DNA from: an uncultured marine group III euryarchaeote
GTDB taxonomy: Archaea > Thermoplasmatota > Poseidoniia > MGIII > CG-Epi1
Assembly (NCBI GenBank): GCA_902533295.1
Contig: CACALG010000001.1
Coordinates: 19,048-83,047 of the forward strand
DNA: 64,000 nucleotides
Direction: 5' to 3'
This document shows, in pieces, positions 22,129 through 32,305 of the stretch (the stretch's first letter is position 1; each line of letters opens with the position of its first letter). Made by a program: the position numbers and the translations under genes. The notes beneath the pieces are model-generated. The model saw nothing but the letters and a program-made list of their open reading frames with translations, did not search any database and had not been told where the DNA came from.

Positions 22129-22220
22129 CTTGCTTATAGAGATAGTTATCTGTTAATAAAATAAACCGAAGATTTATACAATACAATAATTTTAAATTAG
22201 TCAATGAATCAAGATAATTA

Positions 22221-23555
22221 ATGGTTCTTGAAAAATTAGGAGATGCACTAAGAGAAACTCTTAGAAAAATAGCCGGTGCCAGCCACATTTCTCCTGAATT
22301 AATTAAAGAATTAGTAAGAGATATACAAAGAGCACTATTACAATCAGATGTTAATGTAAGACTCGCCCTAGATTTGAGTAAAAGAATAGAAACTAGAGCT
22401 TTAGATGAAAAAGCGCCGGCTGGAATGACAGGGCGTGAACATGTTGTTAGAATTGTGCATCAAGAACTAGTATCTGCATTAGGTGAACCAAGATCTCTTA
22501 AATTAGAAAAACAAAGAATTATGTTAGTAGGTCTTTATGGCCAAGGTAAAACTACTACTACAGGAAAACTAGCAAAGTACCTTAAGAAAAAGGGTTTGAG
22601 CCTAGGATTAATTGCAGCTGATGTCCATAGACCTGCAGCATATGACCAATTATCTCAAATTGGCGAACAAATAGATATTCCTGTATTCGGAAGTTCAAAA
22701 AACACTGACGCAGTAAAAGTGGTAAAAGAAGGATTAAAAGAATTTGAAGAACTAGATATTGTGATTGTTGATACTGCAGGTCGTCATGCTTTAGATGATG
22801 ATCTAATATCTGAAATGGAATCAATTTCTAAAGTAGTCAAACCAGATGAAATATTCCTTGTCATGGATGCAACTGTTGGACAGCAGGCTGGACCACAAGC
22901 AGAAGCTTTCCACGAAGCCGTTGGTGTTTCTGGTGTCATATTAACTAAATTAGATGGTTCTGCTAAAGGTGGAGGTGCATTATCTGCAGTTTCAGTAACA
23001 AATGCCCCAATTATATTTGTAGGAACTGGGGAAAGTTTAGAAAGTTTAGAAACATTGGATCCAGATAGATTTATTTCACGCCTTCTTGGAATGGGAGACC
23101 TACAAACTCTTCTTGAAAGAGCTGAAGAAGTTATAGATGCTAGTACAGCTGAAGATACTGCAAAGAAAATGCTCTCAGGTAAATTTACCTTAATTGATAT
23201 GAGAGAACAAATGGAAGCCATGAATAAAATGGGTTCATTAGATAAAATCATGGAAATGATTCCTGGCATGTCTTCAATGATGAACAAAGGCCAAATGGAA
23301 GAGACTGAGGGTAGATTAGAAAAATTTAAAGTTTTGATGAATTCAATGACTCATGAAGAACTAGAAAATCCAAAATTAATAAAACGTTCTAGGATTGAAA
23401 GAATTGCCAAAGGTTCAGGTTCCGACCCCCAAGAAATCAGAGAATTATTGAAACATTATAATAAAAGTAGAAAAATGATGTCCAATCTTGGTGGAAACAG
23501 AAGAATGCAACAAAGAATGATGAAACAATTTGGAAAGGGTGAACTAAAACTATAG
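22221..23555 (+). CDS. srp54: signal recognition particle protein SRP54
   Basis: GTPase motifs GLYGQGKTTTTGKLA, DTAGRH, TKLDG; Met-rich M domain. Confidence 0.9.
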   Translation: MVLEKLGDALRETLRKIAGASHISPELIKELVRDIQRALLQSDVNVRLALDLSKRIETRALDEKAPAGMTGREHVVRIVHQELVSALGEPRSLKLEKQRIMLVGLYGQGKTTTTGKLAKYLKKKGLSLGLIAADVHRPAAYDQLSQIGEQIDIPVFGSSKNTDAVKVVKEGLKEFEELDIVIVDTAGRHALDDDLISEMESISKVVKPDEIFLVMDATVGQQAGPQAEAFHEAVGVSGVILTKLDGSAKGGGALSAVSVTNAPIIFVGTGESLESLETLDPDRFISRLLGMGDLQTLLERAEEVIDASTAEDTAKKMLSGKFTLIDMREQMEAMNKMGSLDKIMEMIPGMSSMMNKGQMEETEGRLEKFKVLMNSMTHEELENPKLIKRSRIERIAKGSGSDPQEIRELLKHYNKSRKMMSNLGGNRRMQQRMMKQFGKGELKL

Positions 23556-23592
23556 CCCCAAAATACAAATACATAGACTTAGAGTATAACTT

Positions 23593-23943
23593 ATGTCGAG
23601 TTTCGAAATTAAGCGTGGACACGGTAAAACGTTGGAAGATGGTGGACTGAAATCACTAATGACCGAAGAATTTGGTGATATAACTGAGGAAAATAATCAT
23701 TTTACTGCATCTTTTAAAGCACTAAAGCAAATCAATGTAGAATTTGTATCAATTACAGAAATCCGGGTAAAAACTGAAATGGATCCTGATGCATCTTTAG
23801 AAGATGCAACAGAATCTCATCAAGCATACAATAGGTTCATGGAAGCTGCAACTAGTTTCAATGCTAAACAAAGAGTAGATAGGGCGAAAGCCAGGGCAAA
23901 AAAAGAAGCTAAGGCTGCTGCTGAAAAGGAAATGCAATCTTAA
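23593..23943 (+). CDS. hypothetical small protein with a basic Lys/Ala-rich C-terminus
   Basis: 116-aa ORF between srp54 and a kinase gene; no known motifs. Confidence 0.3.
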   Translation: MSSFEIKRGHGKTLEDGGLKSLMTEEFGDITEENNHFTASFKALKQINVEFVSITEIRVKTEMDPDASLEDATESHQAYNRFMEAATSFNAKQRVDRAKARAKKEAKAAAEKEMQS

Positions 23944-24449
23944 TGCAAAAATATGCCCTAACTGGAACACCAGGAACGGGCAAAACCTCAGTATCTAAGC
24001 TATTAAATGAAAAGGTAATCTCTCTTTCAAATTATTATAAGAAAGCCTCAGAAGGGAAAACAAAAGATGGAGAATGGCTTGTAGATATTGGAAAATTAAA
24101 TCAGATTCTTGAAACTTCAAATTCAAATCTTTTTGAGGGAAATTTTGCTCACAAACTAGATAATATAGATAAGATAATCGTTCTAAGATGCGACCCGAAT
24201 ATACTAAAAAAAAGATTAGAGGAAAGAGGATACAACAAAGAAAAGGTAATGGAAAATATTGAGGCAGAAGCTATTGGTTTAATTTTCTCAGAATCAATAG
24301 ATTATGTAGGGAAAAATAATGTTATTCAATTAGACACAAGTAATACTGATGTTGAAAGTATATCAAATATTATAGGAAAATATTTGGACGGGAAGATTAA
24401 AGTAGAAGAAGAAATTGATTACTCAGAAAGAATATTGGATTGGTACTAA
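23943..24449 (+). CDS. putative nucleoside monophosphate/adenylate kinase, Fap7/AK6-like
   Basis: P-loop ALTGTPGTGKTS at N-terminus, ~170 aa, typical of archaeal Fap7/AK6 homologs. Confidence 0.5.
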   Translation: MQKYALTGTPGTGKTSVSKLLNEKVISLSNYYKKASEGKTKDGEWLVDIGKLNQILETSNSNLFEGNFAHKLDNIDKIIVLRCDPNILKKRLEERGYNKEKVMENIEAEAIGLIFSESIDYVGKNNVIQLDTSNTDVESISNIIGKYLDGKIKVEEEIDYSERILDWY

Positions 24450-24450
24450 G

Positions 24451-25053
24451 ATGGTAGCTGACGATTACAGAGATTTTGGAACAAAATTACTTGATCCTAT
24501 AGCAGAAAAAATACCTCTTGGGCCAATGGGAATAAGTTTTTTATCGTTATTAACTGCAATTGGTGCAGGATATTCCTTTTTTATTATAGAAGATAATTTG
24601 TCAAATAAAGAATGGTTACTAATTGGTTCTGGACTCGTATTTCTAACAGCTGTTCTCGATGCACTTGATGGTATAGTTGCACGAAAAAGAAACTTATCTA
24701 GTAAGAGAGGAGACTTGGTAGATCATACACTTGATAGAGTTGCAGACATTCTAATTATTGGAGGTATTGCTTTTGGAGCCCTTGTAAATATCGAAATTGG
24801 TTTTGCTGCGATTATTGGAATTCTAATGTTATCTTATATGGGAACACAAGCTCAAGCAGTGGGGGCTGGCAGAGAATATGCAGGTTTACTTGGTAGAGCA
24901 GACAGATTAATCGTACTGATGCTCATTCCAATATTTCATTACTTTAATCAAGAATATAATTATATGGAGTTAATGTGCTATGCATTTGCAATTATTTGTA
25001 CATTATCTGCCATTTATCGGTTTCAAAAAATCTGGATTGAATTAGAAGAATAG
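24451..25053 (+). CDS. CDP-alcohol phosphatidyltransferase family protein
   Basis: Signature D-G-x2-A-R-x8-G-x3-D-x3-D (DALDGIVARKRNLSSKRGDLVDHTLDRVAD); multiple TM helices; ATG immediately after the upstream stop (an alternative in-frame start at 24415 overlaps). Confidence 0.7.
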   Translation: MVADDYRDFGTKLLDPIAEKIPLGPMGISFLSLLTAIGAGYSFFIIEDNLSNKEWLLIGSGLVFLTAVLDALDGIVARKRNLSSKRGDLVDHTLDRVADILIIGGIAFGALVNIEIGFAAIIGILMLSYMGTQAQAVGAGREYAGLLGRADRLIVLMLIPIFHYFNQEYNYMELMCYAFAIICTLSAIYRFQKIWIELEE

Positions 25054-25225
25054 TGGTGGGAGCACTGGGATTTGAACCCAGATCGGCGGGTCTCACCTAT
25101 TGAGCCGGAGCCCATAGTTTGCACAGGTCATAGCTCCAATCATTCATCACGACATCAGCAGACCCTGTAGCAATCATTCCTGTATAATTGGAGCCCGCAA
25201 TGCTGCCAGGTTACACCATGCTCCC
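25054..25225 (-). tRNA. tRNA-Trp (anticodon CCA) with a ~96-nt intron in the anticodon loop; intron contains box C/D-like motifs
   Basis: Hand fold: acceptor GGGAGCA/TGCTCCC, D-arm GTGT-AACCTGGCA-GCAT, anticodon stem GCGGG/CCCGC, loop CTCCAA|A, T-arm CTGGG-TTCAAAT-CCCAG, ACCA end. Intron ~25092..25187 contains GTGATGA (box C-like) and CTGA (box D-like). Confidence 0.7.
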
Positions 25226-25307
25226 CAATATAGGCTGATTAGAACACTACAATAAAAAGTCTCTGATGAGTAACGTTAATAACGTATGCTTTATCGAGTA
25301 TACATAA

Positions 25308-25745
25308 ATGAGCTCAGATGAAGAAACCGAAGAGGAGGTTTTGAATGAGCACAATCCTGCACCTCCTACTGAAAGAATTTGGATGCCCGTTTATCAGGAT
25401 GAAGATAAAAAACTAGCTAAACATGATTGGTGTTTAGATACTGGAATTATTAAGAATCTTAGTGGAGAAGAAGCAAAGCCTAAAGGTTTCTATGTTTCAG
25501 TTCTAAACAAAATGAAATACATTCTGGAACATGATTTAGGACACAGTAGAGGTGCTCCAAAATTTCCAGCTTCACAAATTAAACTAATTATAAAAGATTT
25601 AGATAATATAGATGGCTTCTATGATAAATGGTGGAGAACTGAATCTTCTCAATTGGAAGCCTTTATTCGTGTAGTTCAAAATAGAAGGGCTGACTTATCA
25701 CAAAGATTTATTATAGATTCGGTAACGAGGACTCTACGTGGTTGA
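25308..25745 (+). CDS. hypothetical protein
   Basis: 145-aa ORF, acidic N-terminus, no recognised motifs. Confidence 0.3.
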   Translation: MSSDEETEEEVLNEHNPAPPTERIWMPVYQDEDKKLAKHDWCLDTGIIKNLSGEEAKPKGFYVSVLNKMKYILEHDLGHSRGAPKFPASQIKLIIKDLDNIDGFYDKWWRTESSQLEAFIRVVQNRRADLSQRFIIDSVTRTLRG

Positions 25746-26361
25746 AATTGCACCATCAATGTTGGGGGCTGATTTCGGAGATATGCGGCGAGCTGCTGAA
25801 TTAGTTGCTCCAGAATCTGGCTATTTACATATGGATGTTATGGATGGTCATTTTGTGCCTAATCTCACCATGGGTTCTGATTTAGTTAAATCTCTGAAAG
25901 GTATTGCTCCCTTAGATGTTCATCTGATGATTACGGACCCTTGTGATTTCATAGATGATTTTAGTGAAGCAGGAGCTGAAATAATATCGATACATATAGA
26001 AGCGAATAATCCAAGTAAAGCAATTGATATTATTAAAGAAAAAAACATAAAAGCTGGGATTGCACTTAATCCTTCGACACCTGTGGATGCAATTGATTTC
26101 GTTGTAGATAAAGTGGATCTGATTCTCGTAATGTCAGTGGAACCAGGATATTGCGGTCAATCCTTTCATGAGACTTCTATTGAACGTGTAAGAAATTATA
26201 AAGAAAAATACCCTGATAAATTGATTGAAGTAGATGGAGGTGTGAGTACTTCTAATTCAAAAAAACTTATTGAAGCAGGAGCGGATATTTTAGTAGCTGG
26301 AAGTGCTGTTTTCAACTCAGAAGATCCAATTCAGACGATAAATCAAATGAAACAGGGTTAA
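25738..26361 (+). CDS. rpe: ribulose-phosphate 3-epimerase
   Basis: HMDVMDGHFVPNLTMG motif and C-terminal VDGG...VAGSAVF; GTG start. Confidence 0.85.
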   Translation: MVEIAPSMLGADFGDMRRAAELVAPESGYLHMDVMDGHFVPNLTMGSDLVKSLKGIAPLDVHLMITDPCDFIDDFSEAGAEIISIHIEANNPSKAIDIIKEKNIKAGIALNPSTPVDAIDFVVDKVDLILVMSVEPGYCGQSFHETSIERVRNYKEKYPDKLIEVDGGVSTSNSKKLIEAGADILVAGSAVFNSEDPIQTINQMKQG

Positions 26362-26385
26362 ACTTATTAATTAGAAAGGGATATA

Positions 26386-28719
26386 ATGAATGTGAGAAAA
26401 GTCTTTGTTATTGGATTAGCTTTGCTTCTAAGCGTCAATTTAGTTAAAATTGACACAAGTGCAGAATTACCTGTAGAAGATTTTACACATGCAGTTTTTG
26501 GAGAAGAATTTACTGCCACATGGTGTGTTTATTGCCCTAGTGCTGCAGAAAACCTGATGAAGGTTTATGATGACATACCAAACGAACCATATTATCATGA
26601 TAAATTTTTCTTTGTTGCCCTAATAACTGATGTTAATGATAAAGCAGATGAAAGGATGGATGATTATCCTGATGTAACTGGATATCCTACTGTTATATTT
26701 GATGGGAATGATGAAAAGGTTTCTGGAGGACAATCAGATACTGCTAATTATGAACAAGCAATAGATAGTTGTGGGCAACGTGACGATACAGATATATCAT
26801 TGGATATTGAAATGAATCATCTAGGGGCAGACCAATTAGAAGTAAGTGTGAAAATGACTTGGAATGAAGATGCTTCGCTTGGAGACCCCACTTTCAATGG
26901 TTATGTTCGAGCCTATATTGTAGAAAAGGTTTCTAGATACAATAATTATGATGGAGATCCATACCATTTTGGGTTCTTAGATTATGCCTTTGAGGAAAAC
27001 GTTGAATTAGAACCTCATGAAGAAACTGTATTGAATACTGTATGGATTGGGGGAGACCATGAAGATAAGAATGGAAATGATTTTTCAGATATCGATTATG
27101 AAAATATTAATATTTTCGTAGCTTTTTTCAATGATGAATCTGCTACAACTGACAAATATGTTTTAGAAACTGCTTTTGCAATACCTCCTGAACTGAGTGT
27201 GAGTGTTCCTGAGGGATTATTAAGTGGTAACATTGAAATTGAAGGAACTGCAGTTAGTGAAAAATCAGAAATTGAAAATGTATATTATAGATGGGACAAA
27301 ACAGAATGGATCAACACCGATTTATCTTCTTTTAATGGTAATTTTAATTTTGAACTGGATACTTCTGAAATGACAAACGGAGAACATGAATTGGATATCA
27401 AAGTTGTTGATAGAGGAGCGAGTATGATTAAAACACTCAATCTTGAAATCCTAAATGATGAAAATCCTCCTTCCATCCAGATAATATCACCCGAAGAAGG
27501 TGATACCTTAGAAAGTATAGCTATTCTGGAAGTCGAAGCTACAGATGATAACCAAATTTCAGAAGTTGATTATCGAGTAAACCAAGGAGATTGGAGAAAA
27601 ATGTATTACAATGAAGGAGACTCCTATATTGCTAGTTGGAATACACAAGAAGCAGGGGCTGGTAATGGAGATCATCAGATATCATTCAGAGCTATAGATA
27701 TGAATTCTAATGAGATAAGTCAAACAATAGAGATTACTGTTCTCAATGAAGAAGATATTACTTATCCATACTTAAAAATCAACGAACCTAAAGAGGAAAT
27801 TTACAATAATAGAGTGAATATTAATGTAAAATCATCTGATCCTGATGGGATTGAAAAGGTCCAATATCGTGTTGATAATGGCACTTGGAGAGATATGTCA
27901 CTAGAAGGAAATGAGATTTTCACTGACACCTGGACACCAACTTGGGACGGATGGCATTGGTTAGATGTTAGAACAGTTGATAACCAAGAATATGAGACCT
28001 TCCAAGGAATTCGATTTGAGACCGATAGTACTCCTCCATCACTAATCCTAGATTCCTTCTCAAATGATATTACTGCAATAGCTGAATTCGATCTCCAAGT
28101 TTATGATTATAGTAGTCTTCAGACACTAAAATATAGAATCAAACCATATGGTTCAATTTGGCAAGATTGGAATGAACTAGAACCAAGTGGAGAACAGGTT
28201 GCATTCGGTTGGGATTCAACAAAGTATGAAGATGGAGAATGTCTGTTAGAAATAGAATGTACAGATGAGTGGGGTGGAGTAAGCACATTATATCGGAACC
28301 TAGATGTGAAGAATCAAGATTTAGTTTATTCAATTCCTCCTTCAAATATTGAGACTAATACAGTTACAAAAATAACATCAATAGTTGATTATGAAAACCC
28401 AATTAGTGTTAATATGATAGTAGCTAAAATTGATGCAGATGTTTTGGCTGAAGGACAGAAAATACCAATGAAAAAAGATGGTAATTATTATATTGGTGAA
28501 TTATACTTTGAGAATTCAGGAAATTATGTTTATAGCATAGAAGTTGATACAGGTCATGGAAAATTAACTTCGTATGAGCAGAATATAATTGTTTCTGATA
28601 AACAAATGGTTACTTCCTCAGGTGAAGAAAATAATTCTCTGATGAGTCCTAATATTGTGCCTGTAATTGTTATTTTAGTAGTTGTGGCATTCCAAAGAAA
28701 ACGCTTATTTTCTAGATAG
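26386..28719 (+). CDS. secreted surface protein with N-terminal thioredoxin-like CxxC domain, Ig-like repeats and C-terminal TM anchor
   Basis: Signal peptide; TATWCVYCP redox-like motif; repeated ~90-aa modules (VQYRVDNGTWRDM / VDYRVNQGDWRKM); C-terminal TM IVPVIVILVVVAF + QRKR. Confidence 0.5.
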   Translation: MNVRKVFVIGLALLLSVNLVKIDTSAELPVEDFTHAVFGEEFTATWCVYCPSAAENLMKVYDDIPNEPYYHDKFFFVALITDVNDKADERMDDYPDVTGYPTVIFDGNDEKVSGGQSDTANYEQAIDSCGQRDDTDISLDIEMNHLGADQLEVSVKMTWNEDASLGDPTFNGYVRAYIVEKVSRYNNYDGDPYHFGFLDYAFEENVELEPHEETVLNTVWIGGDHEDKNGNDFSDIDYENINIFVAFFNDESATTDKYVLETAFAIPPELSVSVPEGLLSGNIEIEGTAVSEKSEIENVYYRWDKTEWINTDLSSFNGNFNFELDTSEMTNGEHELDIKVVDRGASMIKTLNLEILNDENPPSIQIISPEEGDTLESIAILEVEATDDNQISEVDYRVNQGDWRKMYYNEGDSYIASWNTQEAGAGNGDHQISFRAIDMNSNEISQTIEITVLNEEDITYPYLKINEPKEEIYNNRVNINVKSSDPDGIEKVQYRVDNGTWRDMSLEGNEIFTDTWTPTWDGWHWLDVRTVDNQEYETFQGIRFETDSTPPSLILDSFSNDITAIAEFDLQVYDYSSLQTLKYRIKPYGSIWQDWNELEPSGEQVAFGWDSTKYEDGECLLEIECTDEWGGVSTLYRNLDVKNQDLVYSIPPSNIETNTVTKITSIVDYENPISVNMIVAKIDADVLAEGQKIPMKKDGNYYIGELYFENSGNYVYSIEVDTGHGKLTSYEQNIIVSDKQMVTSSGEENNSLMSPNIVPVIVILVVVAFQRKRLFSR

Positions 28720-30075
28720 GACTTTTGATATACACAAACCCAAATCAGTTGGTAAAAAACCAGCCCCATATTCTTCGTAACATAGTTCTCCTGCCCTTCC
28801 TAATACATATGCACCTAAACGTCCTGCTTCGAATGATGACAAACCTTTAGCCATTAAACCTCCACAGAGTCCGGACAATAAGTCTCCAGTTCCTCCTACT
28901 GCCATTCTAGGATGTCCTGTAGTATTTATCTTAAAAGAAATCCCATTTGTGATAAAATCTCTTTCACCTTTTAATAATAAAGATATATGGTTAAAACTTG
29001 CAAATTTCATTAAACCAGATCTATTATTCTCGACCTTTAACCGTGCCAATTCCCCTGAATGAGGCGTGAGTAAGATATTATTTTTTCTAAAACTATAGAT
29101 ATCTATTGCATCAGCATCGATTACTACATTTTCAAAATTATCTATTATACCCTGAACGGCTTCAATAGAATCCTCGTGTTTACCCATGCCAGGACCTATA
29201 ACAACACTATCAAATTTATTTCCACCTATTGATGCTAAAACCTCTTTATTAATCCTATTTCCTTCCAATTTATGTACTATAAGTTCAGGTGCAAATGAAG
29301 AAACTTGTTCATATGAAACTTCTGGGACAAAAACATGAACCAAATCCACTCCACTTCTGTACGCACCAATAGCTGCTAGAGCAGGCGCCCCTGAATATTC
29401 TCCACCTCCTACTATTGCCACTTTACCATTTTGACCCTTGTACTTCTTTGAATCAAATTTAGGAAATAACAATAATTCCCCCGGTCCTGTTAATTCATCA
29501 ATATCAGAAGGAAAACCTACGTCAACAACAATAATTTCTCCACAATTAGTTTGGTTCATCCCTATTTTTTTCTCATGGAAAGTGATGGTTTGTGAAGGTT
29601 TCACAGATTTAGGCGTCCCAAACCCTGATGGAACATCAACAGATATTACATTTTCAAACTGATCGACTTTTCCTATTATTTCTTTGTAAGGTGGACGTGG
29701 TTGACCAATTATGCCAGATCCTAATAAACAATCAACTATTATTACTGATTTCTCGCCGAAATCACTCAGCTTTGTAATTTTCTTTATATTCCCATTATAA
29801 TTATCTAAGGCTCTCTTAGACGTTTCTGTTTTAGGTTCTTTTACATAATATACTTCTACATCAAATCCTTCATCTTTTAAAATTCCTGCAGCCACAAAAC
29901 CATCACCTCCATTATTACCATGCCCACAAATGAATTTTAGTGGAATTGTGTGCTCTATATTCTCAGATATGTGTTTAGCTACTTGAACTCCTGCATTCGT
30001 CATCAATTCAAAAAAATCAAGGCCATAATACTCTGCATTAATGTCTAAAATCTGGAACTCTACTAATTTTCTCAT
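28705..30075 (-). CDS. nnr: bifunctional NAD(P)H-hydrate repair enzyme Nnr (epimerase + ADP-dependent dehydratase)
   Basis: YjeF-N domain at N-terminus; C-terminal carbohydrate-kinase-like domain with GGTGDLLSGL motif. Confidence 0.8.
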   Translation of the reverse strand: MRKLVEFQILDINAEYYGLDFFELMTNAGVQVAKHISENIEHTIPLKFICGHGNNGGDGFVAAGILKDEGFDVEVYYVKEPKTETSKRALDNYNGNIKKITKLSDFGEKSVIIVDCLLGSGIIGQPRPPYKEIIGKVDQFENVISVDVPSGFGTPKSVKPSQTITFHEKKIGMNQTNCGEIIVVDVGFPSDIDELTGPGELLLFPKFDSKKYKGQNGKVAIVGGGEYSGAPALAAIGAYRSGVDLVHVFVPEVSYEQVSSFAPELIVHKLEGNRINKEVLASIGGNKFDSVVIGPGMGKHEDSIEAVQGIIDNFENVVIDADAIDIYSFRKNNILLTPHSGELARLKVENNRSGLMKFASFNHISLLLKGERDFITNGISFKINTTGHPRMAVGGTGDLLSGLCGGLMAKGLSSFEAGRLGAYVLGRAGELCYEEYGAGFLPTDLGLCISKVLSRK

Positions 30076-30998
30076 ATAACTGTTAACTGATAAATAAAGA
30101 ATAAAAAGAAAGCAAACAGTAGTGAACCACTTAGTCTATTTAATGGAATACGAATTAAACCGAAAGTAACCAAAGTTAAGATAATCAGTAATGGGAGAGT
30201 TTGCTCAACAACAAAATCTTGGACTGCTATAGGATTAATTAGTGACAATATACCCATAACTAGAAAGATATTTGCTATATTCGATCCAATAACATTTCCT
30301 ACAGCTATTTCTTTATGTCCCATCCTTGCGGCAGATATAGTTCCTGCTAATTCTGGTAAACTAGTTCCTACTGCTACAACACTCAAACCAATTACAATTT
30401 CAGGAATGCCAATTGCTATCGCAATCTCCACTGCTGAATCAACTGTTAATTGAGCTCCAATCAGCAATGCAATAAGACCTCCTAACAAGTAAATATACGA
30501 TGTCTTAGAATCATCAGAATTGACTTCATCTCCTTTTGTTCTATTGTAAAGCCAAAAAATATAAATTATGTAAAGTGAGAAAAATACGCCACCCTCAAAT
30601 TGAGATATTGATTTATCCATTGCAAAGAAATATAACATCAATACAGCCAATAGCATTACATAACTGTCATTATTTGCATCTTTATCTGGCAAAATATCAG
30701 TTTTAAGGACATAATAAAAAATGAAGGTCGAGACGGATAATACTAAACCTATATTTGATATATTAGAACCAACAATATTGCCTAATGCTAGGTCGTTGTA
30801 ATTATTTATTGATGATATGATTGAAACTAGCAACTCAGGTAAACTAGTCCCAAAAGCAACAATGGTGACGCCTACAACATGTGGTGAAATTCCTTTTTCC
30901 TCAGCAAAAGATGCTGAATTTTCAATAAAGTAGTCAGCTCCTTTAGTTAACAAAATAAATCCTACAATCAAAAGTAAGACTGCTAAAATTAAACTCAT
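30072..30998 (-). CDS. Na+/Ca2+ exchanger (CaCA family) membrane protein
   Basis: Two alpha-repeat signatures GTSLPEL in each half; ~10 TM helices. Confidence 0.7.
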   Translation of the reverse strand: MSLILAVLLLIVGFILLTKGADYFIENSASFAEEKGISPHVVGVTIVAFGTSLPELLVSIISSINNYNDLALGNIVGSNISNIGLVLSVSTFIFYYVLKTDILPDKDANNDSYVMLLAVLMLYFFAMDKSISQFEGGVFFSLYIIYIFWLYNRTKGDEVNSDDSKTSYIYLLGGLIALLIGAQLTVDSAVEIAIAIGIPEIVIGLSVVAVGTSLPELAGTISAARMGHKEIAVGNVIGSNIANIFLVMGILSLINPIAVQDFVVEQTLPLLIILTLVTFGLIRIPLNRLSGSLLFAFFLFFIYQLTVI

Positions 30999-32305
30999 CT
31001 GAGGCTCTCCATGTGATTTATTCTCTTTTGTATTAATTCTGATTTTCCTATATCATGCCTAGTAAATAAATTCTTACCAGAAACAAATGATAAACCAGTT
31101 TCACATTTTTCTTCAGCCTCCTTGATAGACTTCCCTGTAGAAACAATTGCAGCCGCTCTAGAACTTGTTGTAGTTATAATTCCATCTTTATTCAAATTTA
31201 CTGCAGCATAATAGAGATCTGAATATTTACTATAAGAATCATCAACAATCAGAGTCGCATCTTTTGCTGGATTACTTCCATATCCTTTTGGAACCACGTA
31301 CTTACACACTGAAGCATAATTGCTAAAATTTACAGAAGTCAAATTACCTTCTACAATATCATTACATATTGAAGCCAAATCTGTTTTTAACAAAGATAAA
31401 AGATTCATCGCCTCAGGGTCGCCAAAACGTGCATTATATTCTATCAATTTAACTCCATTAGCTGTTGCCATAAACCCACCATAAAGAATTCCTCGATATG
31501 GTTCACCAGTATGATCAAACAAAGCTTGGGCAACTCGTTCATTTATCTCTCTTGCCTCCGAAATTTCAGTATCATTTAAGAATGGTAGGGAATGGTTACT
31601 ATCTGAATAACACCCCATACCTCCTGTATTTGGCCCAACGTCTCCATCATATGCTCTTTTGTGATCCTGTATAGCAGGCATATGAGCTAGATTTTTACCA
31701 TCACAAAAACTCATTAATGAAAATTCTTCCCCTATTAATTTTTCCTCAATAACAAATATACCTTTCCGAGAAATAATGTCTTTACAATAACCTAGCCCCT
31801 CATCTATATTATCCAAATGTTCCCCTGATACTTTAACGCCTTTACCACCCATCAAACCATCAAATTTGACTACATAATTTTCTGACAACAACTCAATAAA
31901 TTCTTTTACACCTCCCATACTATCAAACCGTTTGTACAAAGGAGATGAATCTATGTTATATTTAGTCAATAAATCTCTGGTGAAACCTTTGCTAGTTTCT
32001 ATTTGCGCTAAAATCCTAAGAGGGCCTACAACAGGAAATCCTTTTTTCCAGAACAAATCTGAAAAACCATGCGCTAGAGGATCCTCAGGTCCAATAACTA
32101 CACAATCAATTCTATTTTCTACAGAAAAATCGATTATTTTTTTTTGCTCATTCACAAAATTATTAACAGGTAATGTCTTTTCAGAAATTGATATCAATCC
32201 AGGGTTAGAATTTGTTATAATTGAAAAAACAGTTGCCCCTGATTGTGACAATTTCTCACCTATTATATGCTCTCGAGCACCGCTTCCCATAACTAAAAAA
32301 TTCAT
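30995..32305 (-). CDS. purD: phosphoribosylamine--glycine ligase
   Basis: ATP-grasp fold; conserved GPEDPLAHG and GGMGCY motifs; 436 aa. Confidence 0.85.
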   Translation of the reverse strand: MNFLVMGSGAREHIIGEKLSQSGATVFSIITNSNPGLISISEKTLPVNNFVNEQKKIIDFSVENRIDCVVIGPEDPLAHGFSDLFWKKGFPVVGPLRILAQIETSKGFTRDLLTKYNIDSSPLYKRFDSMGGVKEFIELLSENYVVKFDGLMGGKGVKVSGEHLDNIDEGLGYCKDIISRKGIFVIEEKLIGEEFSLMSFCDGKNLAHMPAIQDHKRAYDGDVGPNTGGMGCYSDSNHSLPFLNDTEISEAREINERVAQALFDHTGEPYRGILYGGFMATANGVKLIEYNARFGDPEAMNLLSLLKTDLASICNDIVEGNLTSVNFSNYASVCKYVVPKGYGSNPAKDATLIVDDSYSKYSDLYYAAVNLNKDGIITTTSSRAAAIVSTGKSIKEAEEKCETGLSFVSGKNLFTRHDIGKSELIQKRINHMESLR

